A stretch of DNA of 62,472 bases, the filler included, from Globobulimina sp. (taxonomy: Eukaryota): the NCBI GenBank assembly GCA_003354225.1. It is 38 parts of 38 records of this genome, joined end to end, with 100 filler letters (N's around TTAATTAATTAA, not from the genome) between each part and the next. Parts side by side here need not be neighbours in the genome. Positions count along the whole stretch, not along the records: positions 1 to 1,548 come from PIVH01014977.1; positions 1,649 to 3,196 come from PIVH01014978.1; positions 3,297 to 4,844 come from PIVH01014979.1; positions 4,945 to 6,492 come from PIVH01014980.1; positions 6,593 to 8,140 come from PIVH01014981.1; positions 8,241 to 9,788 come from PIVH01014982.1; positions 9,889 to 11,436 come from PIVH01014983.1; positions 11,537 to 13,084 come from PIVH01014984.1; 30 more parts are not named here. One strand, 5' to 3'. How positions within the stretch are numbered: the first letter of the stretch is position 1; every line of letters begins with the position of its first letter. Positions 1 to 11,963 of this stretch are shown piece by piece. Both the position numbers and the translations under genes were made by a program. A model generated the notes under the pieces. It worked only from the letters and a program-made list of their open reading frames with translations. It did not search any database and was not told the DNA's origin.

Positions 1-213
1 GTAGCTTAAATCCTTAAAACTATGGTGTCTTATCTCATGGAGGGTTCCTGAAAGAAAAGCAGTTAGGCTTAAAACGACAGCAGATACCAGGCTGGACCAA
101 AATAAAAACTGATGGTTATCTAAAGTCGCTTGTCCCATTTTTGAAACAATGGGTATAAGTGCCCACAGGGCCACACAAATAAGCACACATATCGTTCCTT
201 TAGTTTTGTTCAT
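1..213 (-). CDS. EamA/DMT-family transporter, N-terminal fragment (bacterial)
   Basis: Not in the ORF track. My translation from ATG 213 is MNKTKGTICVLICVALWALIPIVSKMGQATLDNHQFLFWSSLVSAVVLSLTAF..., open to the window edge; it has the EamA TM1/TM2 pattern. Confidence 0.8.
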   Translation of the reverse strand, partial: MNKTKGTICVLICVALWALIPIVSKMGQATLDNHQFLFWSSLVSAVVLSLTAFLSGTLHEIRHHSFKDLSY

Positions 214-944
214 GATGTTGACTTTTCCATTTATCCATTATTGAATCAAATTCTTTTTTATACAATTTTTTCAAGAGTCATAATGCTCATTTTTTGGACA
301 TTTGACAAACGAATAGTTATTGAGGCTGACATAAAAATTCTTTATGAATAAAAATTGGATTTATATGGAAATTTTATTGATCCGGACTTCCCTCAGAATA
401 GGATGCTTTTAGATTCTTTTAAAACCAGGTCAAAAATAAATTCTTTATCTTAAAAATTGATTATCCAGACAATTGATTGAATCTCAAAAAAACAATAGGT
501 ATTGTATTTGGTAATTATAAAGAAAACCTGTAACATAATAATAATAGTGTTGACCTTTAAGCCCTTCGTTTGGGGAGAAAAATAATAGACATAGTCTGCA
601 CCAGGAAAAGTTTAAGATAGCAGTCCAATTCTTGATAGAATCACAGGAGTTGGCTACTGGCAAAATCTTCTATTTCAAGTTAAGCAAAATTCCCATTTAG
701 TATGTATAATCGTTACCGTTGCATTTTACAGCCGCGAATGATTTTCTCCAATAAGGTTTAATAGAATATTTTTTCATTTTATGTAATTAGCCAAATATAA
801 TTGAATAATTCTTTACACAAATTCGGAACATTGATACTAATTTGCAGATCAACTTTTTTATTCGTTTTAGTTCGGATAAAATTCCAAATTACATGATCTC
901 CAGATCTGTACAAAACTGTTTAGGCAGTGTCGAGGAAACAGAAT

Positions 945-1548
945 ATGTATAAATCCACCATCAATTGGCAAAAGGTTAGAGCACTTGGGGCGCTGCAAGT
1001 ACTTACAAGAGCATCATATCTAATGTTAGTTCTTGTTCCTATATTAGCTGGCCTCTGGCCTGGCGTAAGACTTATCGTTAATCAATACAATCAAGCAGTC
1101 ACTGATTCAAAAGCCGCTCTGGAATTTGCTTCGGATAGGCTTAAGAGCGAAGCAATGGCGATTGATTATTCCTTGAAAGGTAGTGCTGAAAAAAACAAAA
1201 CCATTGTTGCTGAAAAGGCGATTAAAATAATTCAAGAGTTAAATGATCAAGTCAACAGAATAATTGATGATTATTCTTTGAAAACAATTAAAAAAACAGA
1301 TTTACCAATGGTTTGGGTAGAAGCTTTTATTGCGTCACTTATGGTTCTTTTTGCGCATCTTATATATCAAGCGATGGCTCCAGAAATTGTGCGTCAATCA
1401 AACAGTCAACAATATGGAATTGATAGACGAAACTTACAAGCTGAAAATCAATGTAACATATGGTGTAATAATAACGTTTCTCTCATTTGCCATCTTTTCA
1501 AATGTTCATCAACATATAATCTTCATTATCATAATATGCTAGGACAAT
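945..1548 (+). CDS. Hypothetical membrane protein with two hydrophobic segments, probably bacterial, 3' partial
   Basis: ORF 927..; hydrophobic YLMLVLVPILAGLW and AFIASLMVLFAHLIY flank a helical region; no introns; divergent from the EamA gene. Confidence 0.6.
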
Positions 1549-1648
1549 NNNNNNNNNNNNNNNNNNNNNNNNNNNNNNNNNNNNNNNNNNNNTTAATTAA
1601 TTAANNNNNNNNNNNNNNNNNNNNNNNNNNNNNNNNNNNNNNNNNNNN
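1549..1648. other. Artificial contig spacer (44 N + TTAATTAATTAA + 44 N); first of 37 identical spacers
   Basis: The same 100-nt block recurs every ~1646 nt and the 12-mer puts stops in all six frames. Contigs shrink steadily from 1548 to 1545 bp. ORF tails reading XXXLIN are artefacts of this spacer. Confidence 0.99.
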
Positions 1649-1984
1649 CTCTGGCGATATATTGATTTTGAGGGCGATATTGTGCGTGGACCAAATGGAT
1701 GAAGAAATATGTGGTTTTGATATTATTTGTTTTCTTTTTTTTTTATCGTCTGTTATTTGTTTACCTATAAATTCAATTAAAATCGTTTCTACACATCTGT
1801 TTTTTTAAATAAACCCATGACGAACCAATTATTTTTATATCCTGTACTTACGTTCGACAGCTTGTAATCTTTTTAGATCCAAAATCCACAAACTTTTTAC
1901 TTTTAATCTTCTTTAGATGACAGTAAATATGTTATTAATAATTACAACATTTACCATCATCAGCCATCTGCTAAAAAAATTAAA

Positions 1985-3002
1985 ATGAATACTAATCACA
2001 ATACAAATATTAACGTCGATATTCCACAACGAATACCCAAAAAAAATAACTTTGCAGTTGCTATATCAAAGCAAATCGTAACGAAAAATGTCAGCGCAAA
2101 CTCACACATTGAAACAGTTGAAAATAATGTAACAGCAATGCCTGAAGTGCCAAATATAGAAAATAAGAAAAGCAATGGACGCAAAAGGAAGCTCAGAGCA
2201 ATTTTGGACGCACCCAGTCCACCATCGCGATCTCCAACGCCTGTTCCAAGATCTTTTATGCAAACGGCACAGAATAAAGTTAAAACAGAGCAGACAGTCA
2301 AAACAGAGGCCGGTGGTCTGGTTATTTCTGACGGTGTGGGCATGGCATATGGTGTACCGATATATAATGAGACCTATTTTGAATGTGCGCAGTTCGAAAC
2401 TGGTGATGAGTTCGCCATGCATGAATTTGCAGACTTATGTGTGGACATTGCATGTCGGTCGGATTTGAAAATCATGCGAGATTTACGGCGAACTGCAGCA
2501 CGCGGCCTGCGGCGGAGAGAAATTACAAAGCCATTGGAGGCTGAATCGCAATTTTTAAAAGGTGTGCCAGATCAGCGGTATATTGGCTTATTTGTTAGCT
2601 GCTTTACTAGCGATGAAGAGGAGCAATTGGAGGTTGATTGGAGAGATTACATTCGTTGTAAGGATAGGAAAAAATATGTGGTATATAATATTGGCTATGA
2701 TATTCAAAAAGATATGAAATTTAGATTGTATACTTTGATGCGGATATACATGCAACAAACACATAACTTGGGGCATATTGAATGTCGACACAGAAAAGCC
2801 GCCGTGGTTGGAAAGTGATGATGTGTTTATGTTTAAGCTGTGTGGGCAAATAAAATGTATTGATTTAACAGATGTGGCATCTGACGATGATGGTGATGAG
2901 GATTATGATATTTATATGGAAAATAATAATGGGAATATTAATTATAGCGATGTTAAAGTAAAACAAGAGTTCGGTGATGAATATGATTCTGAGAGTGAAT
3001 AA
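1985..3002 (+). CDS. Unknown protein, probably one gene with a 1-nt frameshift near 2757
   Basis: ORFs 1985..2818 and 2778..3002 overlap. Removing one A from CAACAAACAC joins them as YMQQHITWGILNVDTEKPPW... Basic patch RKRKLR and acidic tail. Confidence 0.45.
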
Positions 3003-3300
3003 TAAGATTGTTTTGATTTGACTTGTGAGACTGTGGCTGTTTATTTAAACAAATTTGCATGCAATTTATACTTGTGTATTTTAGAAAGATCGATCAGATT
3101 TGAAGTTACTACATAGTGTTGATCGGTGGTAACAACGCTCATTTGACACATATATGTTATAACCAAATCAAAAACACCTTGCAGTGATCACGCATCNNNN
3201 NNNNNNNNNNNNNNNNNNNNNNNNNNNNNNNNNNNNNNNNTTAATTAATTAANNNNNNNNNNNNNNNNNNNNNNNNNNNNNNNNNNNNNNNNNNNNCTAA

Positions 3301-4844
3301 AGAAAAAGAGAGAAAACTCGATGGGGTCCTCCACCTCGCAAAAAACGATGGGGATCCAAACAACCATCGAATAGCACAAATTCATTAATTAGTAATCTAA
3401 TAAAAATAAGTCATCAAAAAGAAAGCAACACCGCAATGGCATCCGCTATGTTTGGCAATGTCTGGAACCAAAACCAAACCAAGATATTCTTACTCAAAAA
3501 CCAACTCCAAGTATGTACCAAACGCGTTGCGATTTTGCGTCCAATAACTATCCGTATATAATATAGGAAATAACCTCTGTTTATCTGACATACCGCCTCT
3601 AATCAAGTTACTCACCGTATTGTCATTTGTATTTGTTTACCTTTATTTAATCCGCATTTGATCCACGGCCAACCAATACTATACAGGACGTCTCCACTCG
3701 TTTGATAGCACCGAGCGCCTTCATAGCTGCTCCAAACGGCACAGAAAGGTCGCCGTCTCCCGAACCAATCTACGACCAAAAAGGCGTCCGAGTCAACACT
3801 CGCCAGTACAGAATGAGAGAGAAATTACAAAACCAACGCATCGGAGTTATACAACAAATAATCGCACTCGATCCTACCTACAAAGTTGAGTACCAATAGT
3901 CCAATACCAATCATTTTCCATTTTGTATACATTGCATACACACTCCACACATTTCACACAGCCGCCGCCAGACTACAAAGCGCCGAAACTAACGCATAAG
4001 ATAATGATGCCCGTGGACGACTATCCCGATTACAACTTTTTCGGTCTGATCGTGGGTCCACGCGGTAACACTCAGAAAGAAATGCAAAAGGCCACCAGCT
4101 GCAAGATCGCCGTCCGCGGCCAAGGCGCTTGCTTGGATAAACCAGGCCGCTTAGTCCACCCCGACGACAACGACCCGTTACATGTCCACATCACCGCTCC
4201 CGACCAGGACTGCCTCGACAAAGCCATCGCGATGATCCAGGCGCTGTTGGACGAGGTGAAGACCGGCGGCGGCGAGCACAAAGCCAAGCAATTGCGCGAA
4301 TTGGCCACTATCAACGGCACATTGCGCATAGAGTCTCGCTGTCGAATCTGCGGCGGACAGCATCCCATTTATCGCTGTCCGGAGAAAACGGGCGAACAAT
4401 GGACGCCGGCCGAGGTTCAGTGTAAGATATGCGGGGAATTGACGCATGTGACTGAAGACTGCAAGCATTACAAGAAAGGCAGACCGGTCACAATGATGCA
4501 TAATAGCCGGCAGAGCATCGATGCGGAATATCGCTCGTTTATGCAAGAATTGATCGGCGATGGGCCCATGTCGTCGAATAAGCCGATTGCTGCGATCACG
4601 GCGCCTATCCATCCGATGATGAGTATGATCAATCCGATGGTGAATCGCGTGATGAACCCCATTGCCAATCCGATGGCGATGCTGCAGTCACAGCCGCCAG
4701 TGAATGGCTATCATAATGTACCGCCGCCTTCGCAGAATGGGGCGGCGCCACCACCGGAATATGCCAATGGTGCCAATGGTGATAAAGGAGAGGAAAAGAA
4801 ACAAGGAGTACCAGTACCGGGGCCAGTTATGCCCAGTATGCCTA
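3301..4844 (+). CDS. SF1: Splicing factor 1 / branchpoint-bridging protein (KH-QUA2, two zinc knuckles), partial; introns 3511-3686 and 3885-3961
   Basis: KTRW/KKRW ULM-like motifs, RSPSPEPIYD, YNFFGLIVGPRGNT, KAKQLRELATINGTLR, two CxxC...H...C knuckles, Pro-rich tail. Both GT..AG introns keep frame (NQLQ|DVST; DPTYK|PPPDYK). Confidence 0.96.
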
Positions 4845-5334
4845 NNNNNNNNNNNNNNNNNNNNNNNNNNNNNNNNNNNNNNNNNNNNTTAATTAATTAA
4901 NNNNNNNNNNNNNNNNNNNNNNNNNNNNNNNNNNNNNNNNNNNNCTCCTTGCTGGGCTCACCAACGTGGCGCTCGGGGGCCATTGCTCGAGGTGAGCTGG
5001 GTTGGACTAGGTCTGGATTCCTGGCCGCTGTGCGTGCTGGATATAGCTGTGCGTAGAGCTAGGCTGTGGCTCCTGCCAGATGATGACCTGTACAAATGTG
5101 TTTTTGTATTGAATGGTGCTTCAGGCACTTCGTGCGGGTGGCAGTCGCGAGGCAAAGCTATCCTGGTTCAGTATGGCATACCCGACCTGGTAGACCTAGG
5201 GAGGCCTGTGCTTCCCCTCCACCTATACAAGAAAATGGTCAAAGAGTCATTGGAAGCAGTGGGTGTCTCCATGTGGAGGAATGAAGCTGCACGTTTTACC
5301 TCCAAAAACGGGCGCTTCGAAAGTGAAAATGGGA

Positions 5335-6422
5335 TCATCGATGCGATTATCATCGATGAGTTTATTGGCAACGCGAAGCAGAATGAAAATATGTACCAAC
5401 AATTGCTGCAAAACTTCATCGAAACGAGCAAGCCCACCTTCTATGACTATGTTGCGATGAATCGCACGTATCACACTGTGACGGTGCCGTACAACTTTGC
5501 CAATTTTCTGATTGAAAAGTTCGAGGACCTCCAGGCGGAAAATGAGAGCAAAGAAGAGATGGAACTGATTAATGAGTTTTTAGCCGAACGGTGTTTGAAA
5601 TTGTATGGCAATGCGGCGTATATTCGCTTTAATGAGCTGCATTATGGCTTTTCGTTGGCGTTACATAATGCTTTATGGCAGCTGTTGTTTGACAGCATAA
5701 TAGATCCAATCATTGCGCATTGTGAGAATATACTGCGTTTGGAGGATATGAAAGATTGTAAGTTCCTGTTCCTTGTCGGGGGCTGTGCCAACAGCAAATA
5801 TTTCCAGTATCGAATGCAAAACACGTTTGCCAACGACGGCAAGTATAAGCTGTCGGTGGTAACGCCGGAGTTGCCGCAGTTGTGTGTGGTGGATGGAGCG
5901 TGTCGATGCGGCTTAAGGCCGAATTTCATGAAAGTCCGACGATTGAGCAAAACGTATGGCATTCAATCGAATAAATTAAAATCAAAGTTGGATGTTAATA
6001 AATTTCCGCAAGGATTTATTGCGCGAAAATCATATCATAATAAGCAGAAAAATAAGGATTTTGTGGAGAATTGTTTTAATGCGTTTGTCCGCAAGAATCA
6101 TGCCATAAATATCGACGATAAACCGATTCGAAGGCCAGTGTATAAAATAAAGCATGACCAGCAATTGGTGCATATTGTAATTTATAGTTCCAACAAAGCA
6201 GAGCCGCAAACCGCAGATCCGGTGGAAATCAAGAAATTCAGAGAGAATCTACAAACAGGGGAAGATTGCTGCGAGTTGGCGAAGTTTACAGTGCATTTTG
6301 ATCGAGACAGCAATGACAAAGTATGGGTGGAATTCTCTTATTCTGACACAATGCTCACTGTCCATGCTTATCCGGACCAGCAATATCAGAAAAGACAGCA
6401 AATACATATTGAATATCAATAA
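5335..6422 (+). CDS. HSP70-12 (HSPA12-like) atypical Hsp70, C-terminal part
   Basis: LFDSIIDPIIAHCENIL, FLFLVGGCANSKYFQ, VVTPELPQLCVVDGA and RRLSKTYGI match the HSPA12-type C-terminal half. The 5' part of the same ORF is unrelated. Confidence 0.75.
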
Positions 6423-6592
6423 TTATTAAAATATTCGACTGCAATCAATGTATAATGTGCAATTCATAATTAATAATAATTAATTTATACATNNNNNNNN
6501 NNNNNNNNNNNNNNNNNNNNNNNNNNNNNNNNNNNNTTAATTAATTAANNNNNNNNNNNNNNNNNNNNNNNNNNNNNNNNNNNNNNNNNNNN

Positions 6593-7202
6593 GATATAAT
6601 TTCTTTTTTGTACATTGTTTTTGAAATAGTTTATGATTTGGAAGTGTTCTTGAAATATCTGCCAAAATTGTTGCATGTCCGACACATTTGGAATCATTAT
6701 TTTTATCAATTAATTGTTGATAATATTCATTTGGATTTGTATATTGTTGTTTTATCAGATTAAAATGTAACAAATATTTCCATAAATTAGGTCTGGATTC
6801 AAATGGTATGCCATAAACTATTAATTGTGTTAATTGCGAAACTGATTTAATATTAATGTCAATACCATTCTGTTGGGAATTGGATATCGATATTAATGGA
6901 GATATAATATTGTCAATGGTCGATATAGTATGCAAATTCCAAGTGGCCGTGTTTATATTTTGTAATGTTCCATAATCATCCAAATATTGTATCAGTGGCA
7001 TGATTTTATTGCCTCTTTTCAGATTGTTACCCATTTCCAATGTTTGGTTTTTCTATTTTGATGCAATAAAAATATATAATTATGAGGGTATTTCAGTATC
7101 GATCATACGTTTGTTGTCTCATACAAATTAGTGTTATTTGGTTGGACCAAACTGTGCAATGGAACCATCGTAATTATGTACATGCCATTTTCCCGATACA
7201 TG
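6593..7202 (-). CDS. Rab-GAP TBC-domain protein, N-terminal part
   Basis: GIPFESRPNLWKYLL and ILADISRTLPNHKLF (IxxDxxR finger). A possible upstream exon from ATG ~7202 splices GTATGA..AATAG in frame. Confidence 0.85.
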
Positions 7203-8240
7203 ATTACCGAATCGAAACTAAAAATTTTTTACCTCTTCGATCTTTTTCACAACATCATCGTACTTAGTGGCAAAAGCAATAACAATTCAAAACTCATAAT
7301 AAAATATTAATGATAATTTGTCGTAGAATTTGTATTTATCCCATAAATATTTTTATGAAACCAACAACAAAACGATAAGAACGACTCAGTAGCTCAATAA
7401 TAGAGCGTGTGTCTGCAGCCTCGGCTGTCCCAGCCACAATTCTCTTTAATTACCTTTCTAAAAGGCTTTAATTCATGTACAAAATTCGTTTCAAGAAAAT
7501 TTTTTTTTTTATTATTTTTTTTTAAAATGTAGTACTACTACATACTATATGCAATGTACGGAGGATTACACAATCGTACGCAACCAGTTGTAAAGACTAT
7601 GTCATTGACAGAAAATTTTTACATACTAAATAAATTTTACCTTAAGTAGCAAAAAATTGCGCTGTTTCGTGGAACTAAAGGGACTAAACAGCTGTTCTAT
7701 AGGGCTGAGAATATAACCCCACTGATCTTAATATATACAACCAACCAAATAATAATCCATAATCCGAATATATATATTGACGTAATATATCCAATTATGA
7801 TTTGGTTGCGAAATGAATAATATCCCTTCTTCTTAATATAAATTTTTTTTCAACCCTCAGACGCACCTTCGGGTAGCACGACTTTACAGATGAGGTATAT
7901 TATGATATTGTAGTAAGCCGTAAGCCCTTAAGTCCATAATCTTACTGCTGTACCAAAATATCCTGTAAAGCCACAAACCAAACGTAACGATAGCCGTTAG
8001 GTAGATAGATAGACTGAACAGAATAAATATTTTATTGTTACAATTACGGCGTGGTGGTGTATGTAATGCAGGTAATTGTTTTTTGAGTGACCGGCATTAT
8101 CAAATTAATGATGGAAAGAATGGCAATATTAATGGCAATANNNNNNNNNNNNNNNNNNNNNNNNNNNNNNNNNNNNNNNNNNNNTTAATTAATTAANNNN
8201 NNNNNNNNNNNNNNNNNNNNNNNNNNNNNNNNNNNNNNNN

Positions 8241-8385
8241 ATTCCTCAGTAACACATTGAACTGCAATTGCTTCGCCAATCGGGTTACAAGCTCCTATAA
8301 TCACTGCAATGTAATTCGTAAAACTTGGTTTTATCACAGGAGAATTCGAAGAAGAAAACCAAGAACCAAACCATCGTTTCAACAT
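8241..8385 (-). CDS. Short-chain dehydrogenase-like N-terminal fragment
   Basis: IAVIIGACNPIGEAIAVQC resembles a degenerate Rossmann beta1-alpha1 motif; cut by the contig end. Confidence 0.5.
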
Positions 8386-8501
8386 TACTAACACCAAGTT
8401 TTTCAACTGTTTTTTTGCGAGTGCTCACTTGTTCATTGTCTCTTCACATCAATCATAATATCTTATTACAGTAACACAGACTTTTTACACAGTATATAAT
8501 A

Positions 8502-9009
8502 ATGGATAGTATGGACGGTCTCGAGTTTAAATTCCTCGATGAAACACCGTATCACAAAATGAACAGTACTTATGTTAGCTTTATACAATTTAAATAGAAA
8601 TACAATAAATTGCAAAAATAAACTACAAATATATAAGGATGATAATTATTGGAATGATAAAGGAAAAGGAGACGTTAATGCAGATACAGAGACAGACGAT
8701 AATAATTTGGTGCAACTGAGTTACAATGAACAGACGTACAATGAACCAAATTATAGTGAGGAAAATACTAATTCCAATGAACAGATCTATAATGAATCAG
8801 AAAACACCGATGATTCAATTGTGCAAAAGAGTGAATGTTGTAATCAGAGATTGAAGCGATATATGGCAATATGGAGTTTCTTCGTTTTTTGCCTAGCAAT
8901 CGCCATACTTTTAATGGTTGCTGGTGTTGTACTTCCAGGAGTTATTATGTGTTTGATTTCACTTATTGGGATATTTTGCAGTGGATGGTGTTTTAAAAAA
9001 TGTAAATAA
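8502..9009 (+). CDS. Small acidic protein with C-terminal TM hairpin; probable intron 8574-8637
   Basis: ATG 8502 exon (MDSMDGLEFKF...STY) splices GTTAGC..ATAAG in frame to DDNYW...; two hydrophobic helices and a Cys-rich tail. Confidence 0.6.
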
Positions 9010-9275
9010 TCCTACAAATAAACACTTGACAATTATCATGCCGATAACCATTTCGATCATTGTTTTATCAAAGTATATTCTTCTTGTTTTTAATTGACTT
9101 TAGCTTAACGATATATTGCAAATGATAACAGCAGAGCAGTAGTGGTACAAAATCCAATCAGGACCTAAGTCCGATTCCAGACTCAGATTGCTTAAACGAC
9201 ACTGTGAGGGATAGACATTAGAATAGATATTTGGTAGTAAATTGATATGATCATAAAACATTTAAACAGAAAGAA

Positions 9276-9788
9276 TCACTGTGTATCAGTGTCACCCTCA
9301 ACATATAAATCAGCAGTATCTGACTTTGCAACTAATGCCTGAATCTTATCAATCAAAATAACCTTATCACTAAAACTTGTGATACCAAGTCTATGTAAGT
9401 CAGTTTTATCCAATTCACTTAAACATTGACCATCAATTCTTTCATTTTCTAAATTTTTGTGCAATTGCTTATATTTCTGAAAATATCCGTTATTTGAATC
9501 AGTAATCCAATCATATACATCATGCATATTCCACGTTAAATAGCTATCTTTGTTATTGATTGACAATGATTTATTTTTCTCTTTCAATAACTTATATTTA
9601 TCATCCAAGTAAAAATAATTTACTTTCAACGAATTATATTTTACTTGCAAATTATTATATAAATGAGTCTCATTCATAAAAGATTTTTGGGTTTGTTGTA
9701 ATTTCGCCATTAATCCATTGATTTGTTGCTGTTGTACCGTAATAATTTGCTGTTGTGTTTCTTCATTCATATTCCGATTTGTTTGCGT
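9276..9788 (-). CDS. Coiled-coil + C-terminal SAM domain protein
   Basis: TWNMHDVYDWI...ENERIDGQCLSELDKTDLHRLGITSFSDKVILIDKIQAL is a SAM consensus. Confidence 0.85.
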   Translation of the reverse strand, partial: TQTNRNMNEETQQQIITVQQQQINGLMAKLQQTQKSFMNETHLYNNLQVKYNSLKVNYFYLDDKYKLLKEKNKSLSINNKDSYLTWNMHDVYDWITDSNNGYFQKYKQLHKNLENERIDGQCLSELDKTDLHRLGITSFSDKVILIDKIQALVAKSDTADLYVEGDTDTQ

Positions 9789-9888
9789 NNNNNNNNNNNN
9801 NNNNNNNNNNNNNNNNNNNNNNNNNNNNNNNNTTAATTAATTAANNNNNNNNNNNNNNNNNNNNNNNNNNNNNNNNNNNNNNNNNNNN

Positions 9889-10639
9889 TTGCCATATTTT
9901 CATTATGAAATGTCACATCATTTGACATTATTAACTCAGCTAACACTCTCTTAGCATTATGAAAATCATTTTTATTCCAATAAAGCAATGCTTGCTGGAT
10001 ATGCAACATTCCTTTGGTTTCACTGTCAACACCAAATTGTGTATTAATTAATGCTAAACCGATATCAATCGCATTCTGCCTCCTCTCCAAACCATTATTA
10101 TGATCTGTTGCAATTTTATACCATGTCGGTGCATAATAAGGATATAAATACGCTATTTCTTGATATAACTCCATTTGTTTTGATCTGTCCACCCATTCAA
10201 TCATTAAATATTTATAATATATTCCTAACTCAAATTTATTATTTTTCAGTTCATTTTCTAGACTCCAAAGAGCTGTTTTTGTGGTGAAAAAACCAGATGA
10301 AAACAATGACTCTGTTTCTTTGTAATATTTCAATGCGTTTTTATAATCTTTTTGTAATAAATAAGTATACGCTAAATCATACAAAGGATATTCCCATTTT
10401 GGAGCGAGTTTGTGTGCAGATTGTAATATTTGAACTTCGTCTTTATATTTGCCATTTGATCCTTTTTGTCTTGCTTCTTGATGCAAAGCGCTGGCTTTTG
10501 GTGGTATTGGATTGTCTAAATTTTGTCTAATTTTATACTCATAAATTCCATCTTCCACTTCTTTCATTGTTATTTTGCCAGATTTGTTGAAGACAAATAT
10601 TAGCAGGAAACAGAACAGTTTCACTCTTAGAGCCATCAT
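9889..10639 (-). CDS. Secreted TPR-repeat protein, 3' partial
   Basis: N-terminal hydrophobic signal; TPR patterns AHKLAPKWEYPLYDLAYTYLLQKDYKNALKYY and PYYAPTWYKIA. Confidence 0.75.
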
Positions 10640-10696
10640 TTAGTGTGAAGTTATTTAATAAAACAAAAAAAACCTTCAAGCACTATAATACACAAC

Positions 10697-11436
10697 ATGG
10701 CAACTGCAGACCAGGAATCTAAAAAAAGCGACGAAACTGTAACACAACCAACAGAACTAACAGACGCAGTCCCATCAACTGACACAGCCACTGCCGCAAC
10801 AACAGCTGAAGCAGCAGCTTATTATCAACAATATCAACAATATTATCAGCAATATCAACAATACCCATACAATTATGATCAACAATATTATCAACAATAC
10901 TATCAACAATATCAACAACAATTATTACAGCAACAAAATGCAACAAATGACACCGTAAACACAACACAAACACAAACACAAAACGCAGAAACACATACAG
11001 ACAAAAACGAAGAGGACAACAGTAAAATGATGGAATTAGATGACAATGACAACGATGAAAATATAGAAAATGGAAACAATAATCAAAGCAGAAAAGACTT
11101 AATGGAGTGGAGTCATTTTGAAGTGGCAGAATGGGTCGAAACAGTTGAAAATGGACAATATGCGGAATACGCTCAGAGATTTATTAAGAATGAAATTGAT
11201 GGGAAGATATTGTATAATATCACACCGCAACAATTAGAAATTGGTTTATATTTTAATAAAATGATTGAAAGGTTATCTTTTCATGGATTAATACAAAAAT
11301 TAAAACAAAACACAGCGGATAATAATGGCATAAAAAGCAATGCGATGAAATCCGATGAAAATGACTCACAAATATCACATTCTCAAATGCCAATAAAATC
11401 AATCAGTGAGTTACAAAAAGCGCCGCCCATTAAAAA
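10697..11436 (+). CDS. Gln/Tyr-rich protein with SAM domain, 3' partial
   Basis: YYQQYQQ repeats; EWSHFEVAEWV...FIKNEIDGKILYNITPQQLEIGL is a SAM domain. Confidence 0.8.
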
Positions 11437-11963
11437 NNNNNNNNNNNNNNNNNNNNNNNNNNNNNNNNNNNNNNNNNNNNTTAATTAATTAANNNNNNNN
11501 NNNNNNNNNNNNNNNNNNNNNNNNNNNNNNNNNNNNTTTAGACAATACCTGACCTAATTTAGTCCCGATCAGATCAGATTGGATGCATTTAATTAGGGTA
11601 ATTATAACCTGATCGATCAGCTCATTTCGGTGACCAGTCAGCTATCACAGTGACCGTACGTACCTGTTGATTCCTAATTGTGATAAATCATTATTGTGCA
11701 AGTATGCGAAATCGTATGTCATTTTATGTCTATAATTCATAGATTTGGGGCTCATCACCAATTTACGTTTATTATTATAACAATGTTGAATCAGTTCATG
11801 AATAAACTGATTATAATTCACTCCATTCTTTAGCTTGGTTGTACTACGTCGAAAGCCTAGCAATGCATAGTGCCAATGATTGCGTTTGGTTGTCCGAGCT
11901 GTTTGACCAAAATAATGAGACATGAAAAAGCGTTGACTAACTTTCATTTTTAGATAATTTAGA

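Noticed and set aside
4072-4668. Antisense ORFs over SF1, and similar shadow ORFs elsewhere
   Set aside because: They lie opposite well-supported genes and have no motifs.
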